DNA of 22,875 nucleotides from the UHGV virus genome UHGV-0065784; one strand, 5' to 3'. Shown piece by piece: positions 7,255-18,859 of this stretch; positions within the stretch are counted from its first letter, which is position 1; the number at the start of each line of letters is the position of its first letter. Origin of the DNA: a virus. A program made the position numbers and the translations under genes. Below the pieces are notes generated by a model. That model worked only from the letters and a program-made list of their open reading frames with translations. It made no database searches and was not told the origin of the DNA.

Positions 7255-9096
7255 CTACTGCCGGGTAGCTTCGTTAACTAAGAGCGGGCGCACGGCAGTA
7301 GCCGCCTGATTTAGCGCTCTTTCATAAGCTGGCGTTCCAGCTTTAGTGTTTGCCAGACGTAAGAGCGCATTCCTTGCTGCTTTGGATTCATACAAGCGCA
7401 TCATTGCACCGAAACCAGCCTCAAGCCCCATTGATACGCCAAGAGTCGTAGTTGCGCCAATCGTCCTTATCCTGTTGGCTTGCGATTGCCCCGTCTGAGT
7501 TACTACATTTGCGGTGTCTGATCTTGCTGCTTGCTGTAGAACTTCATGAAGAGCATCAAGTTCTTTCATGTGCTTTCCAGAAAAAATAGTGTTGTAAATT
7601 TCACCGCCTGACTGAGATTTCAGCTTATTAACTTCAGTGATGAACTTGGCTGGAGAGTCACCGGCCTTTTCCGCTATTTTGCTGACGTAAGCTGCACGCA
7701 TAGCATCTTTCCCTTTATCATCAAGTGCGCTCCAGATTCGTTTCACGTCAGATGGTTTTCTGCTTAATACAACGGTATTTATAAGTTCAGGACTGGCTTC
7801 ACTGCTTGCCTTGTTGAGCTTGTTAGCAATGTTTTTATTAAGCACCTTATTATAAACGTTTGCATAATCGGAATTTGCTTTAAGGTATTTTGCTGCGTCT
7901 GAAGCACCGAGGTTTTTGGCAACTGCGTTACGAAGGTCTTTTGACATTGCATTCTCTACCATATTGGTAGCTGCTTTTGCCTGGTTGGGGAAGACCATGG
8001 CATCTCCCTGAACATTAGATCTAAATGCTGTTCTGTGCTGGCGCAAGAGATCAAACGTAACATCCAAATCAGTTGCAGGGTTTGCTAATTCTTCACGTAG
8101 GTTACGCAAGGATGTAAGCAGGTTTTGATTGGCAGAAGTCCCAAGCCGTTCCTGTCTTGCGATCGCTGTATTCAGAGCATTCATGGTATTTGTGGTATCA
8201 ACTGCGGCATTACCCATTTTATTGGTGACGTCATTGATAACAGCGCCAGCGGCATCCTTCCGTCCCCTTAACGTGGTGGTCAGAGATCTCACCACATCAT
8301 CAGGGTTGTACTCACCAAAACGGTCAAAATAATTGCTTACCAGCTTACTACGCGTTGCATATTGCTCCGCTCGCTTTGAGCCTGTCCCGAGCAAAGCCCC
8401 CTCAGCATCTTGAGTAAGTCCGCGAGTGAAAGCATTTTTCGGCGGGATAACATCAGATGTCATTGGTGTCACGCCCATCGATTCTGATGTGGCAATTTTC
8501 TTTGCCACTTCTGGCGCAATATCACCTTTTATAGCCGTTATTCCACGCCCTATTCCCTTTGCTGCTGCGGAAAGAACACCCTGAGCGGCAAGGTTAACTC
8601 CGGCATTTTTAGCTGCATTTTGTGCGAAATCACCTTTCTGATTTGCGGCCTCTGCCAGTGATCCAATAGCCATGCTTCCTGCCGTTCCAACTCCTGGAAC
8701 TAAATACCCGCCAATTGTTTCTCCAGCTTGAGCGTAGGGGTCTGTCGGTCTGTCTACTGGACGATAAACATCATCCAAAACCTTGGGGCCACCAAGCCCC
8801 GGACTGATTGCATTAATCAGACTTGCGCCGCCCTGTAATACGTCAAATGGTATGTTTACCAGACCACGACCAGCCTGTTCTGCAATTTGCCCTGCACTTT
8901 GACCACCAGTGAGCCAATCGCCAGCTTGTTGCATCAATGATGGTTCTTCCCGTGTTGGTGCATTATTGGCCTGATTAACTGTTTGTTGCTGAACAGCCTG
9001 ACCAGCAAAATACTCATCAATGGCGGTGCCAATATCTTCCGTGCTCGTACCATCAGGGAAGGTAAATGTCTTACCGTTTGCAGTTACTTTCATCAT
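7255..9096 (-). CDS. Ejection (injection) protein, P22 gp16-like
   Basis: 613-aa ORF; N-terminus [30 protein letters not shown] resembles P22 gp16 from memory; last gene of the ejection-protein trio; 4-nt overlap with upstream gene. Confidence 0.8.
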   Translation of the reverse strand: MMKVTANGKTFTFPDGTSTEDIGTAIDEYFAGQAVQQQTVNQANNAPTREEPSLMQQAGDWLTGGQSAGQIAEQAGRGLVNIPFDVLQGGASLINAISPGLGGPKVLDDVYRPVDRPTDPYAQAGETIGGYLVPGVGTAGSMAIGSLAEAANQKGDFAQNAAKNAGVNLAAQGVLSAAAKGIGRGITAIKGDIAPEVAKKIATSESMGVTPMTSDVIPPKNAFTRGLTQDAEGALLGTGSKRAEQYATRSKLVSNYFDRFGEYNPDDVVRSLTTTLRGRKDAAGAVINDVTNKMGNAAVDTTNTMNALNTAIARQERLGTSANQNLLTSLRNLREELANPATDLDVTFDLLRQHRTAFRSNVQGDAMVFPNQAKAATNMVENAMSKDLRNAVAKNLGASDAAKYLKANSDYANVYNKVLNKNIANKLNKASSEASPELINTVVLSRKPSDVKRIWSALDDKGKDAMRAAYVSKIAEKAGDSPAKFITEVNKLKSQSGGEIYNTIFSGKHMKELDALHEVLQQAARSDTANVVTQTGQSQANRIRTIGATTTLGVSMGLEAGFGAMMRLYESKAARNALLRLANTKAGTPAYERALNQAATAVRPLLVNEATRQ

Positions 9097-10469
9097 TCCA
9101 CCGTAAATTGAATGCCTGATTTTGACGTGTAGCTACCTCCTGCTGATTGCTGAGTAGCTGGCTGTTGCCTTGATGATTTCTTCCCGCCATTACCGACATT
9201 AACGTTATATTGCTGGTTGTAATTGTCGGTATATTGCTGAATGTCGCGCATTGATTGTTGCAGTGCTTCAGGGCTTGAGAAATCAACCTGTGGCATACCT
9301 TGAAAATACATCTTTGCTTCTGCAACGGTGTTGATACCGGATGCCCCCATGTCTCTGGCTGCTGCAATGCCCTGATTCTGCATCTTTCCTTGGATTCGCT
9401 GTGCAGCGTTGTATAGTTTCCTCTGATCACCACCAGATGCACGGCTACGAATATCTGCACCAAGAGCAGGAGAACCTGAAGAGCCTGTAATGCCAGTCAT
9501 GAAGCCAAGATCGTCAATTGATGCACCAGAAATTGCATCAAGATCTTTCTTCATTGCGTAATTCTGCGCGCTTGCTGCCGATGTAGCCGGAGCGGCAATA
9601 GAACCAGCAGGAACGCGAACCATATTCCCCTCGTTGTCGATACCTTCGTAGAACGCATTAGCCCCAGCGCCGTGAAGCTTCCCGCCTACCGTTACAGTTC
9701 TGCCATCTGCTAACTGAACTGTACGCTCATTATTCCCAACCGCCCCTTTCATTGATGCTCTCTGCATCGATAAATCCTGACCGCGCATCGTGATATTCTG
9801 ACCACGCGCTGTTAGCGCCTCGCCAGCCTGATTGCTGCGGATTGTCTCTGCCAGTCTGCCTCGGTCAATCTCACGACCAGCTATCTTGTCCTGAACATTG
9901 AAGTAATCAATCGGACCAAGTGCAGCCATTCCAAGGTGATCAACAAACTCTGTGAAACCTTGTGGATTTTGCTGATACATTTTCGCCACATCCAGAGGGT
10001 CTACTCCGGCACGAGTAAGCTCAGATGAGTTGTTCTGCAACCATGACATCATGGCTTCTGGAGATGAAGCTGCGAGTCTGGCACTTGCTGCCAGTGTACC
10101 GACAGTGGAACGCTGGTCTTCATCGACAAATTTCATGCCGTTTCTTACAGCGTCAAGCTGCTCAGGATACTGTGATGCCAGCTTTCGCATTGCATCGCGG
10201 TCACCAGATGTATATGCATCAGCATAAGCCTGCTGAAACTCTTGCTGTCGCTTCTGCTGATCCATCTGCTTATACATATCCATGACAGATGAAATGCCCT
10301 GTAAAGCCTGCAAGCCAACGTTATTACGTCCTGAACGCTCCATCTCGTTATTCTGTCGAATGTATGCAAGCGTGGCGTCTGCATCACTTGCTCTTGGAGC
10401 GTTGGAGTTCATGCCGCCTAACCCGGCAAGAAGCGCGCCTGAATTACCAGCCTGTTGCCATGTAGCCAA
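9093..10469 (-). CDS. Ejection protein, P22 gp20-like
   Basis: 458-aa ORF in the gp7-gp20-gp16 position; size close to P22 gp20; translationally coupled to gp16. Confidence 0.75.
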   Translation of the reverse strand: MATWQQAGNSGALLAGLGGMNSNAPRASDADATLAYIRQNNEMERSGRNNVGLQALQGISSVMDMYKQMDQQKRQQEFQQAYADAYTSGDRDAMRKLASQYPEQLDAVRNGMKFVDEDQRSTVGTLAASARLAASSPEAMMSWLQNNSSELTRAGVDPLDVAKMYQQNPQGFTEFVDHLGMAALGPIDYFNVQDKIAGREIDRGRLAETIRSNQAGEALTARGQNITMRGQDLSMQRASMKGAVGNNERTVQLADGRTVTVGGKLHGAGANAFYEGIDNEGNMVRVPAGSIAAPATSAASAQNYAMKKDLDAISGASIDDLGFMTGITGSSGSPALGADIRSRASGGDQRKLYNAAQRIQGKMQNQGIAAARDMGASGINTVAEAKMYFQGMPQVDFSSPEALQQSMRDIQQYTDNYNQQYNVNVGNGGKKSSRQQPATQQSAGGSYTSKSGIQFTVE

Positions 10470-10481
10470 GAGACACCTCCA

Positions 10482-11135
10482 TTAAAAAAGTGAACCAAGA
10501 AGACCGACGCCAGCACCAATTGCTGTACCCCAACCAGGCATGATTGCAGTACCTGCAGCTGCACCTGCTGCCGCTCCACCCAAGGCGCTCTGAAATCCTG
10601 ATGGTTTATTCGCATTAGCCGCAGATGCTGCCGCCTGCTGTTGATACAATTGGCTGACGTTGTTGGCATAGTTCTGCCCGGCGTTTGCCTGACCTGTAAG
10701 AGCGCCAAGGCCGATATTTGCCAGATTGTTGTAGTTGTTCATCTGACCTGACAGCCAGTTTTGACCGAGTGTAGGTGCGATTGCTGCTAACTGGTTTCCT
10801 GTTGCTGTAGAGCCTAATCCACCAGTTGCCTCTGCTGCTGCCAGACTCTGATAGCGCGCCTGCCCTGCAAGGTCTTTATACTGCTGAGAGTTGTAATACT
10901 GGTTAAGCGCCTGACCTTGCCCCTGAAGAGAGGAAAGATTCTGCAACTGTGATACGTACTGCTGAGCGAGTGGCGTGAACGGTGCAAGGTTTTGCATGTT
11001 CGTCTGCCACATTTCACGCTGCAGTTCGATGCCCTTTTCAGTTGCGCGGGCCTGCTCTTTTGCTCCGCTATCACTGCCACCTTTGCAGTAAACAGCTTTG
11101 CTGAGGTGCTTATTGGCAATCTGGAAAATTAACAT
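10482..11135 (-). CDS. Ejection protein, P22 gp7-like
   Basis: 217-aa ORF with GAGGAG RBS 7 nt upstream; Q/N/A/G-rich low-complexity sequence and hydrophobic Gly/Ala-rich C-terminus typical of gp7; position after gp14. Confidence 0.7.
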   Translation of the reverse strand: MLIFQIANKHLSKAVYCKGGSDSGAKEQARATEKGIELQREMWQTNMQNLAPFTPLAQQYVSQLQNLSSLQGQGQALNQYYNSQQYKDLAGQARYQSLAAAEATGGLGSTATGNQLAAIAPTLGQNWLSGQMNNYNNLANIGLGALTGQANAGQNYANNVSQLYQQQAAASAANANKPSGFQSALGGAAAGAAAGTAIMPGWGTAIGAGVGLLGSLF

Positions 11136-11592
11136 TCGTTAGCTCCTCGTATTTTGAGCGCGGTAACTGATAAATCGTGATGCCTACAGGCTTTCCATTG
11201 CTGGTATAAGCATCATCAAGGTGACCAACACGGGTAGCGCCAAGCAAACGGATAATTGCCCGTCCGTATTTCGTGGTGTCAGGAACCATAGTGATGCTGT
11301 TAAGGAATGGTGAGTTTTCGAGAAGCCATTTGCAGAATAATCGATGCCCTTGCAGTGCATATTCGCCACGGAATCCGGGGTCGTACACCGCATGGCATTC
11401 AACAACGCTATGCCAGAAGTTACGCACTTCATGCACTCCGACCAGCATCAGTCCTTCGTAGATGCCGAGGTATACCGCATCAGGCTTGATGTAGTATTTG
11501 TCTCCACTGTCTACGATATTTCCCGTGTTTGCCGGGTTGTTGAGGAATTCTGCAAGCTTCACCGGATTATCGATGAGCTTTATTTCCATCAC
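11110..11592 (-). CDS. Internal head/ejection-associated protein, P22 gp14-like
   Basis: 160-aa ORF; size and position between the needle gene and gp7 match P22 gp14 (161 aa); ATGA overlap with the needle gene. Confidence 0.65.
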   Translation of the reverse strand: MMEIKLIDNPVKLAEFLNNPANTGNIVDSGDKYYIKPDAVYLGIYEGLMLVGVHEVRNFWHSVVECHAVYDPGFRGEYALQGHRLFCKWLLENSPFLNSITMVPDTTKYGRAIIRLLGATRVGHLDDAYTSNGKPVGITIYQLPRSKYEELTNVNFPDCQ

Positions 11593-12437
11593 TGCTCCGC
11601 AATGATTTTGATGGTTGTGGCAGTAAACGCCGCACCATTAGACTGAATGGTTAACGTGCTGCCATTTGTGGCAAGAAAGCCGTCTTTATCAACGCTGAAG
11701 AACGTAGCTAACAAGATGTTATCGGTTGTTGTCGCCGAGTTGCGACTGCTTACCAGTGTGTCAGGAACAGAGCCGGAAAAGGTTAGCTGCATTGACCTGT
11801 TGGCGGTTCCGCTGGGCCACGTCCCGACGATCGACAGCTTGAAGAACAAGGTTTTGTTCTCGTTGAACACAACCATCTTGTTGTTAACGGTGTCGAAGAA
11901 TGGTGCCAACGTGCCGGATGATGGCGTGAGCGTTTTCAGCAGGCTAACAAGGTTGGTCGGCGCTGTCGGGATGGTTACAGATACACCAGAGTAAACAACC
12001 TCTGACTTTTTGCGAGTAGTGGCATACTCCAGAGCATCGATGCGCGTTTCATGGTCTGAAACCTGCGATTCCAGCGACTGAACTCTGGTATCAAGCGAGG
12101 CAATATCGCTTTCATTCTGAGCTATTCGTGTTTCATGTTCCTGAAGAGTTGATTCTGCCTGGCTGATTCGCTCCTCATGATTAACAAGCGTTGCTTCCGC
12201 AGCAGAAATTCGCTGCTCATGGTCAGCGAGAATCACATCCTGCTCATCGTTCCTGACCTGTGCATCATAAGCGCCCTGACCAGCCTGATTTGCCTTCCCG
12301 GCGATTGCACCGACATCAGCTCCCTGATTTATGACATATAGTAGGTAAGACTGGCTGAATATATTGCGTGGCAAAATTGAAGCATCAAGGCGCGTAGCCT
12401 GAACCACAACAGGATCATTCAGTGATGAATCAACCAT
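11589..12437 (-). CDS. Tail needle (P22 gp26-like) with C-terminal knob extension
   Basis: N-terminus [68 protein letters not shown] closely resembles P22 gp26; coiled-coil heptads (HE.RI repeats); extra ~100-aa C-terminal domain as in Sf6/HK620-type needles; TAATG stop/start overlap with gp10. Confidence 0.85.
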   Translation of the reverse strand: MVDSSLNDPVVVQATRLDASILPRNIFSQSYLLYVINQGADVGAIAGKANQAGQGAYDAQVRNDEQDVILADHEQRISAAEATLVNHEERISQAESTLQEHETRIAQNESDIASLDTRVQSLESQVSDHETRIDALEYATTRKKSEVVYSGVSVTIPTAPTNLVSLLKTLTPSSGTLAPFFDTVNNKMVVFNENKTLFFKLSIVGTWPSGTANRSMQLTFSGSVPDTLVSSRNSATTTDNILLATFFSVDKDGFLATNGSTLTIQSNGAAFTATTIKIIAEQ

Positions 12438-13855
12438 TACTCAATCCTTATCTGGCAGCCAGACAGAGTGACAGGTGACTTCGTGATAACGCGCAATTTG
12501 AAGCCGACATTTTTCCTGATGCGCCCGACTCGCTTCCACAAAACACGTTTGTCGTAAACGAACGGTTCATTCTGTTCAATCATCTGCTCACGTCCGTAAT
12601 TGATTCCGTCAGTGGTTGCAGAGAGGAACAGGCGGTCAGCGTACTGCGCAACGCCAGTTGAAGATTCAACCTCAAGGTCGAACACTCTTGCGTTATCCGC
12701 TTTGAACAACGGAGTAAACAACAGGTGTTCCTGTTGCTTGTCGTACTGGCTGCTGATATCGAACTGCAATTTGCCGATAACCGATTCCAGCTTATCGCCG
12801 CACGTTATCTGATTGCCTTCGTAAATGAAGTCGATAGCGCGGTACACATCGTCATACAGGCCTGTTTTCAACACACACCATTGCGGACCATTGGCGCTTG
12901 AAGATGCGTCGTATACGAGGACGTGGCGCGGAAGATGGATAATCAGCAACTCATGAGCATCAAACCGCAACGATTCCATCACGCCATCAGCCAGTTCATC
13001 AGCAGTGTAGGAGCGGAGGATTTTCTCAATGCTCGCGCTGGCGATTGGTGACACCTGACCGGAGCCGATGATGTATACAGACGGCGCACCTGTTGCCGGA
13101 TTGCTGATGAACGCATACGAATCAGCAAACGGCGTTTTGCAGTAGGTTCCGGCAATCCCTTTCTGCACCATCAGTGATGGCTGTGCGACATACAAAGCGG
13201 CACCAACGGTGGTTGCACCAGTCAGGGAGAAATATTCAATCGTCGATGAACCAAAGCAGACGATGAAGTCTCGCCATGTACCTATGCCGATGATGCCGTC
13301 CGGCTGCGATTCTGCGCGATATTGTGCGCTGTAACGGTCAGGATGCGATTCGTCTTCAAGGTCAGTGATAAACCATGAATCAGTACCGTCTTTTGACCAC
13401 GCATAACGCCCACGTAAACGCGTAATGTCACGGACCGAACCTAACTCATACTGCGTGAATCCGCTGTCTGCAGGCCAGTTTGATACGGTTTTAACCGTGC
13501 CATCATAGCGATACTCGACCAGTTGACCATTAACGCCTACCGCCTGTGATGTCCGACCATGCGCCATTGATACACGACCACTTCCGGAAACATCACCGAC
13601 TTCACTTTCTCCTTTGTAGAGCTTGCCACCACACACGCGATAAACAGCATTCTGCGCCATGTTGTACTCGACTCCGCGCGATACACCGTTTACATCAGAG
13701 CGTTTGGCAATGCCCGGGAATGAGCGAAGATATCCGCTGATGTTAAGGATTTCTTTGGGGGTTGCCAGCATATTCACTGGCAGATAGTCGATATAGTCGG
13801 CGTTTCGAAAGTCTTTGCCGACACCTTTCATAAGCGGAAGTTGCTGAATAGGCAT
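12437..13855 (-). CDS. Tail hub / tail accessory protein, P22 gp10-like
   Basis: 472-aa ORF, same length as P22 gp10 and in the gp4-gp10-gp26 position. Confidence 0.8.
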   Translation of the reverse strand: MPIQQLPLMKGVGKDFRNADYIDYLPVNMLATPKEILNISGYLRSFPGIAKRSDVNGVSRGVEYNMAQNAVYRVCGGKLYKGESEVGDVSGSGRVSMAHGRTSQAVGVNGQLVEYRYDGTVKTVSNWPADSGFTQYELGSVRDITRLRGRYAWSKDGTDSWFITDLEDESHPDRYSAQYRAESQPDGIIGIGTWRDFIVCFGSSTIEYFSLTGATTVGAALYVAQPSLMVQKGIAGTYCKTPFADSYAFISNPATGAPSVYIIGSGQVSPIASASIEKILRSYTADELADGVMESLRFDAHELLIIHLPRHVLVYDASSSANGPQWCVLKTGLYDDVYRAIDFIYEGNQITCGDKLESVIGKLQFDISSQYDKQQEHLLFTPLFKADNARVFDLEVESSTGVAQYADRLFLSATTDGINYGREQMIEQNEPFVYDKRVLWKRVGRIRKNVGFKLRVITKSPVTLSGCQIRIE

Positions 13856-13863
13856 TTATTCAC

Positions 13864-14346
13864 CTATGCGTTTGGGATATCGCCATCAATCAGAGGGAGA
13901 TCGCCTGGATAATATCGGTCAGATGTAAACACGTCATATTTATTACCCTGTCCTACAGGAAAATCTCCACGTCGTCGCATTGAAGGAACAACCAGAGTGT
14001 CGGTCATCAAGGCATCATATGAGCGTTGGGCGTTACTGAGAACTTGCGAAGTTGGCTCAAGGCTGTAATCAGATAGCATTCTCAGCAATAACTGATAGCC
14101 TACTGCGTGTTTGTATTTTCTTGGAAGACCTGACTCATCATCAGGTAATGGCTGCTCATCTCCAGTTGCGAAAGCGTAACCAATGTCGCCGGGGTTAATC
14201 ATCCACTCGGACATCATATCTTCCAGATCATTTACACCATCTTCAATTGATTGCGGCTCAACATCAGTCAGCGATGCATTAGAAGCAATAGCAAACTTAC
14301 GAAGCGCAAAAAGGACGATCTCACCCTTTGTCAGTACTGTTGCCAT
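13864..14346 (-). CDS. Head completion / tail adaptor protein, P22 gp4-like
   Basis: 160-aa ORF; motifs SLTDVEPQS and DLEDMMSEW resemble P22 gp4 from memory; AAGG RBS. Confidence 0.8.
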   Translation of the reverse strand: MATVLTKGEIVLFALRKFAIASNASLTDVEPQSIEDGVNDLEDMMSEWMINPGDIGYAFATGDEQPLPDDESGLPRKYKHAVGYQLLLRMLSDYSLEPTSQVLSNAQRSYDALMTDTLVVPSMRRRGDFPVGQGNKYDVFTSDRYYPGDLPLIDGDIPNA

Positions 14347-14506
14347 TGTCTGCCGCCTTACTACCTCGCTTACTGGTCGGTTTCAATTCATCAACTGAGG
14401 CAACAAAGCCCAACTTTTCGAAAAACTGGAAGTCTTTTTCTGCGATAACGGCCTGTACATGTCCTGATTCGTTATCTGCGGCAAGGAATACACTCATGCG
14501 ATCCAT
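14321..14506 (-). CDS. Small hypothetical protein between coat and gp4
   Basis: 61-aa ORF with AGGA 6 nt upstream of ATG, immediately after the coat terminator; overlaps the gp4 start by 26 nt. Confidence 0.45.
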   Translation of the reverse strand: MDRMSVFLAADNESGHVQAVIAEKDFQFFEKLGFVASVDELKPTSKRGSKAADNGNSTDKG

Positions 14507-14524
14507 ATTGTTTCCTTAAAACAT

Positions 14525-14544
14525 AAAAGGGGCGTAAGCCCCCT
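14525..14544 (-). terminator. Rho-independent terminator/attenuator after the coat gene
   Basis: GC-rich 8-bp stem aagggggc-gtaa-gccccctt; on the minus strand it is followed by ttttatgttttaa, just 3' of the coat stop. Confidence 0.5.
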
Positions 14545-14549
14545 TGTTA

Positions 14550-15821
14550 TTACGGATTACCGAAGAACTGACCGCCCATGTGAGGGTTAAAGCACACATA
14601 TGCAGGCAGTAAGTCGAAGCGCATTTTTTGCACGTTGGCATCGCCATCTGCGTATTTATGTACGCGGATGGAGAAACCTTCATATGTTGCAACAGCAGAA
14701 TCAATACTGTGCAGTTTCGGTAGTGGGATAGAGCCAAGTCCACAGAAGAACTTGTTATAGAACAGGTTTGGCTTCATTGTCTGGCTAGCAGTGCCTCCCA
14801 CAGATACGGCATCGCCTGCCGCTACCTGACGACTTACAGAGTTGTACTGCGGGTTTGTAGTGTCATAAATCGGAACACCAGAAAGCGTAACCGTCACATC
14901 GCCACTGCTGTCTGAATTAGCATCAGCAGTAACCGTTGCAGTGAAGCTAATTGGTGTGGCTCCGTTATACAACGCCTGTTTGGTCTGCTGTTGCAGCCAG
15001 TAGGTATTGGTGAATTTAACCTGATCACCAGCTTTCAGAAAACCTGTAACGCTGGCTGTCGCTCCGGTCAATGTTACAGTGAACTGGTATGAGTCTTTAA
15101 CTGCGTTATAGGTAACAGTTGGCTGTGTTTTGACTGTCAGTGTTCCGCCAAATGCCCCCTGCGTACGAGAGGCAAGCCCATTAGACATCAGTGCGCGAAT
15201 GCCGCCAAAATTGGTTGGAATCTGCGCATTCTCCCATGCAGTACGAACCAATTGATCTGAAGCGTGCAAACCAGTCTGCGCATCAGCAAGTCGCTGTGCA
15301 GACCATGGATCCATTACAGCATAGTTTTCACCTTCATTAACGCCGAGGTCTTTCAGGAAAGATGCCGTCTGCGCAACATCAGACCATTTGGTGATTGGAG
15401 TATTGGGGCTACCAAGTGACAACGCACCGTTATTCATCATGAAGTGAGCAAGCTCTGTTTCAAGGTCGGTAACGATTCGCTGGCGAACCGGCGCGAGAAT
15501 TTCTTCCAGTTGGTTAAGCTTGATCGCTTCCTCCAGTTGCTGATATTCAACAGCAACAGTGATGTAGTTACCTACACGCCCCGTAGCTTTACCTGAGATC
15601 AGGTTGTTTTTATTTTGCCCTGAAATATCACCAGTGGGAGTACGGAGGGATGAGAATTGATGCGGACGTTTAAAGCTAACGCTATCGCCAGTGCTGGAGT
15701 TGATTTCACCTGCCAGCAACTGACGGTCTACGGTTTTCGCCAGAACTAAATCTGACATAAAACCCGGAAGGAATTTTTTCAGAACGATTTGACTGACGTT
15801 ACTGTCGAGATTGTTAGGCAT
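14550..15821 (-). CDS. Major capsid (coat) protein, Sf6/P22-group
   Basis: 423-aa ORF directly after the scaffold gene; length matches the Sf6 coat protein as I recall; strong hairpin terminator follows. Confidence 0.85.
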   Translation of the reverse strand: MPNNLDSNVSQIVLKKFLPGFMSDLVLAKTVDRQLLAGEINSSTGDSVSFKRPHQFSSLRTPTGDISGQNKNNLISGKATGRVGNYITVAVEYQQLEEAIKLNQLEEILAPVRQRIVTDLETELAHFMMNNGALSLGSPNTPITKWSDVAQTASFLKDLGVNEGENYAVMDPWSAQRLADAQTGLHASDQLVRTAWENAQIPTNFGGIRALMSNGLASRTQGAFGGTLTVKTQPTVTYNAVKDSYQFTVTLTGATASVTGFLKAGDQVKFTNTYWLQQQTKQALYNGATPISFTATVTADANSDSSGDVTVTLSGVPIYDTTNPQYNSVSRQVAAGDAVSVGGTASQTMKPNLFYNKFFCGLGSIPLPKLHSIDSAVATYEGFSIRVHKYADGDANVQKMRFDLLPAYVCFNPHMGGQFFGNP

Positions 15822-15832
15822 TTATCTTTTCC

Positions 15833-16717
15833 TTATTCGATTTTTGCGCCGGGGCATAATTTGTTGAATTCGTCTTGTTTCGCATCAGCACCGCCACCAC
15901 GTACTTCCGGCTCTGGCTTGATGGCTTTCTTTGGTTTTGGAGCAAGGCTTACCTGTTTGCTAATCTGCCCCAAGAGGAATGCTGCGCGAATTGGATCTGT
16001 CTCAGCGGCTACACGCTGGCGTAATTGCTGGCTCTTACCTAAGCCATAGGCGAGTAGTTCAGAGCCTTCGTCTGCACAGTGAATGATGATTTCCTGCTGA
16101 ATTGGTGGTAGCTCACTAAGAACAATGGCCTCCATTTCCTGATAATCTTTCACAGGAAGTTTTGCTGCCCGTTGTTTATGCGCTTCTACCCTTTGCTGGA
16201 AACGCTGTTGGTATTCCTGTTGCTGACGTAGTTTTTGTTGCTGCTGCTGTTCGACACGGCCTTTTTTCTCATGCCAATCAGTCAATGCCTGTTCAAACGC
16301 CTGTTCGTCATAATCACACGACTCAAGAGTCGGTTTTGGTGGAATAGCGTCTGGTTGTGGTTGCTGATGTTCCGCAGGCTTGGCTAATGCTTCCTCAAGC
16401 TGGCGGCGCAACTCACGGTTTTCTTTCTGTGTTTCTTTGAAGCCTTTGCGAAGATCTTTCACCCATTGCGGTGCAGGTTGCCCGTCAATGTGATCATCAT
16501 CGTCAGCGTTAAGCTGAATTTCTTCATCACCAATACGCAAGGCGTAATCTTCTGGTGTCTCTTCGGTTTTTTCAGGCTCAGTTGCCACCTCTTTACCGTT
16601 GTCATCCTGGCTTTCATTCTCAGGCTGTGACTCTGTTTGGATGATGGTTTCTTCTGCATTTTCCTGTGTTTCAGACAGGCCAATAACCTGACCGTCGATG
16701 ATCAGTTCGTTTTCCAT
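15833..16717 (-). CDS. Scaffolding protein
   Basis: 294-aa acidic, Q/E-rich coiled-coil protein between portal and coat, as P22 gp8. Confidence 0.75.
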   Translation of the reverse strand: MENELIIDGQVIGLSETQENAEETIIQTESQPENESQDDNGKEVATEPEKTEETPEDYALRIGDEEIQLNADDDDHIDGQPAPQWVKDLRKGFKETQKENRELRRQLEEALAKPAEHQQPQPDAIPPKPTLESCDYDEQAFEQALTDWHEKKGRVEQQQQQKLRQQQEYQQRFQQRVEAHKQRAAKLPVKDYQEMEAIVLSELPPIQQEIIIHCADEGSELLAYGLGKSQQLRQRVAAETDPIRAAFLLGQISKQVSLAPKPKKAIKPEPEVRGGGADAKQDEFNKLCPGAKIE

Positions 16718-16730
16718 TGATTACTCCTGG

Positions 16731-18857
16731 TTAACTCGGCATTAAGTCTGCCGGAGACTGTGGTGGTGACTGGAATTGCTGTTGTTGTGACTCGGCGACA
16801 TCTTTCAGAAGGCGTATTACCTCCATCACTGCTTTGTCATCGATGTTTCTGGCTTGGGCCAGTTTATAGACAGTGTTTGCCTGACTCTCCATCGCATCCT
16901 GCTGGGCAGTAAATGCTTTGATTTGAGTTTGAGCAGTTTCGTTAGTTGCTTTTTGCGCTTCTGCCTGCGCTGCTACCATTTGCGCCTGAGCGAGAACCAT
17001 TTCAGGATTTGGCTGGCTTTGTGCTGCCATTTGCGCCTGTTGAACAATCTGCTGATCTTTCTCATTGCGTGGTTTTGCAATACCAGATATCAGCAGTTGG
17101 TTTCGGTTGTACTCTTTGAAGTCATCAAGGCCTTCGCCATCGATATTGTCCAGAATAATACCCTGAATTGCCGGGCGCATTGGGTCTGTTGGAAGCATAG
17201 AGCTAAGGACATTTGTCAGTACAGAAACCGTTGCATCACGTCGTGCTGTGTAGCTTGGTCCAACATCAACCGTCACATCGTATCGACCGACAGAAAGGTC
17301 ATTTAACGCAACAACAGCCCCTGTTTGCCTGTCAACAACCTGTGCGCTCAGGACAGCGATATCATCACTTCCATCTTCGTTAACGATGCGCACTTCACGT
17401 TCTGAACCGTACACTTCACGCGCCATTGACAGCCATACTTCACCAGCGCGTTTAAGACTTTTCGCCATATTGTCCAGATAGATAAACGAAGCCATATCTG
17501 CTCTGTTCATCAAGTTGTTAACCGTTTCCTGAGCAATATTACTTGGCATCTGCTGCATGGCCTGACTGCCGCCTGTAACCTCCTGAATATCAGCACTGGT
17601 TTGCTGTAGTAATGCAGCCAATGCCTGATTCATAACCGCAGGCTGTGTATATCCTGCCGGGGTAGCTCCAGCGATGATGTTGCCAGATTTATCTCTCACT
17701 TCGCGCAACGGCAAGAACGCTGGTCGTTTCTTGTTGCGAGCCTCCCAGTGCTTCTCAAGTCCACGTATTTGCTCCATGCCAACTATAGGGATCTGACCGG
17801 GGTCTTGCGCTGCAGTATCAGCCAGCATTGATACCTGAAGGTTGTACAAACGCTGTGGATCCATTGCTTTTGCAATATGTCCTTCGACACGCTCAATGTC
17901 ATCAATGAACCAGCGTTTTCCATAAACCGGGATGAGGGGGATATGCTCACCAGGAATACGTCGAGGTTTCTCAAGGAAACCATCACCATCCACTACTGAT
18001 ACATACACACGACGCCGCTTCACTGAGCGCCTTGCAACTTCCTGAAATCCAGCTATTGCCAGTTCATCTTCAATATCTTCGACCTGATCACTGTCGTATG
18101 TTGCAATCTCTCCAGTGATTGAATGTCGATAACTGATAACGTCAACAGACTCTTTACGAACTTCGTAATACTTCGCTATGTAAATAACATCTGCATCAAA
18201 CCAGTCATATTCCCAACTGGTCATAGACGTTACATCCAGAGAAGCAGGAGGTTTCTTTCCGTATTCAGCCTCATATTTTTCAGGTGACAACGAATACATG
18301 CAGAACGCCCACAACGCGTCAGATTTGTCGTACTTCTTAGCGTCAGGGTCAAACCACACAGAGCGCGACGGGTCGTATATTGGTTCAATAGCAATACGCT
18401 GACGATCGTCCATGGGGTCGTATTCATTGACCAGCATCGACGTCAAACGGAAGCAACCGAAACCACCAGTAGCAGCGTCGTCAAATGCATTATCGCAAGC
18501 CTCACCGCCATCAGTTTCTTCGTAGTCAGCACGGAACAGACCATTTAATTTATTGGCTAACTCTTCGCTTGCCTCTCTGTCACCAGGACGAAACTTAACG
18601 GTGATTCTGTTATTGCGGTATTCTGCAATGATGCGGTTAAGTTCAGTTGCTACCTTATTGATTTCAAACTTAGGATACTTCTCGAACTGCTCATCAAGCT
18701 TAGTTCCAGCCGCCGTTGCTCCTTCCCATTGACCTCCGGGGACACGAGCAAACCTCGTAGCTTCAATGCACTTTTCGCGCACTTCCTGCTGTGGAGAATA
18801 GGCGCGGTCAAACCTGAGCATGATCCGCTCATGTTTTTTCTCTAATGTCTCTGCCAT
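16731..18857 (-). CDS. Portal protein, P22 gp1-like
   Basis: Segments such as GEHIPLIPVYGKRWFIDDIERVEGHIAKAMDPQRLYN resemble P22 portal; start placed at the internal ATG (MAETLEKK...) 2 nt after the TerL stop rather than the ORF-track start at 18929. Confidence 0.9.
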   Translation of the reverse strand: MAETLEKKHERIMLRFDRAYSPQQEVREKCIEATRFARVPGGQWEGATAAGTKLDEQFEKYPKFEINKVATELNRIIAEYRNNRITVKFRPGDREASEELANKLNGLFRADYEETDGGEACDNAFDDAATGGFGCFRLTSMLVNEYDPMDDRQRIAIEPIYDPSRSVWFDPDAKKYDKSDALWAFCMYSLSPEKYEAEYGKKPPASLDVTSMTSWEYDWFDADVIYIAKYYEVRKESVDVISYRHSITGEIATYDSDQVEDIEDELAIAGFQEVARRSVKRRRVYVSVVDGDGFLEKPRRIPGEHIPLIPVYGKRWFIDDIERVEGHIAKAMDPQRLYNLQVSMLADTAAQDPGQIPIVGMEQIRGLEKHWEARNKKRPAFLPLREVRDKSGNIIAGATPAGYTQPAVMNQALAALLQQTSADIQEVTGGSQAMQQMPSNIAQETVNNLMNRADMASFIYLDNMAKSLKRAGEVWLSMAREVYGSEREVRIVNEDGSDDIAVLSAQVVDRQTGAVVALNDLSVGRYDVTVDVGPSYTARRDATVSVLTNVLSSMLPTDPMRPAIQGIILDNIDGEGLDDFKEYNRNQLLISGIAKPRNEKDQQIVQQAQMAAQSQPNPEMVLAQAQMVAAQAEAQKATNETAQTQIKAFTAQQDAMESQANTVYKLAQARNIDDKAVMEVIRLLKDVAESQQQQFQSPPQSPADLMPS

Positions 18858-18859
18858 GT

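Noticed and set aside
15833-16717. Glutamine-rich run (QQQQQKLRQQQEYQQRFQQ) in the scaffold gene, considered as a possible repeat element
   Set aside because: It is a coding low-complexity coiled-coil segment typical of scaffolding proteins, not a DNA repeat or mobile element.
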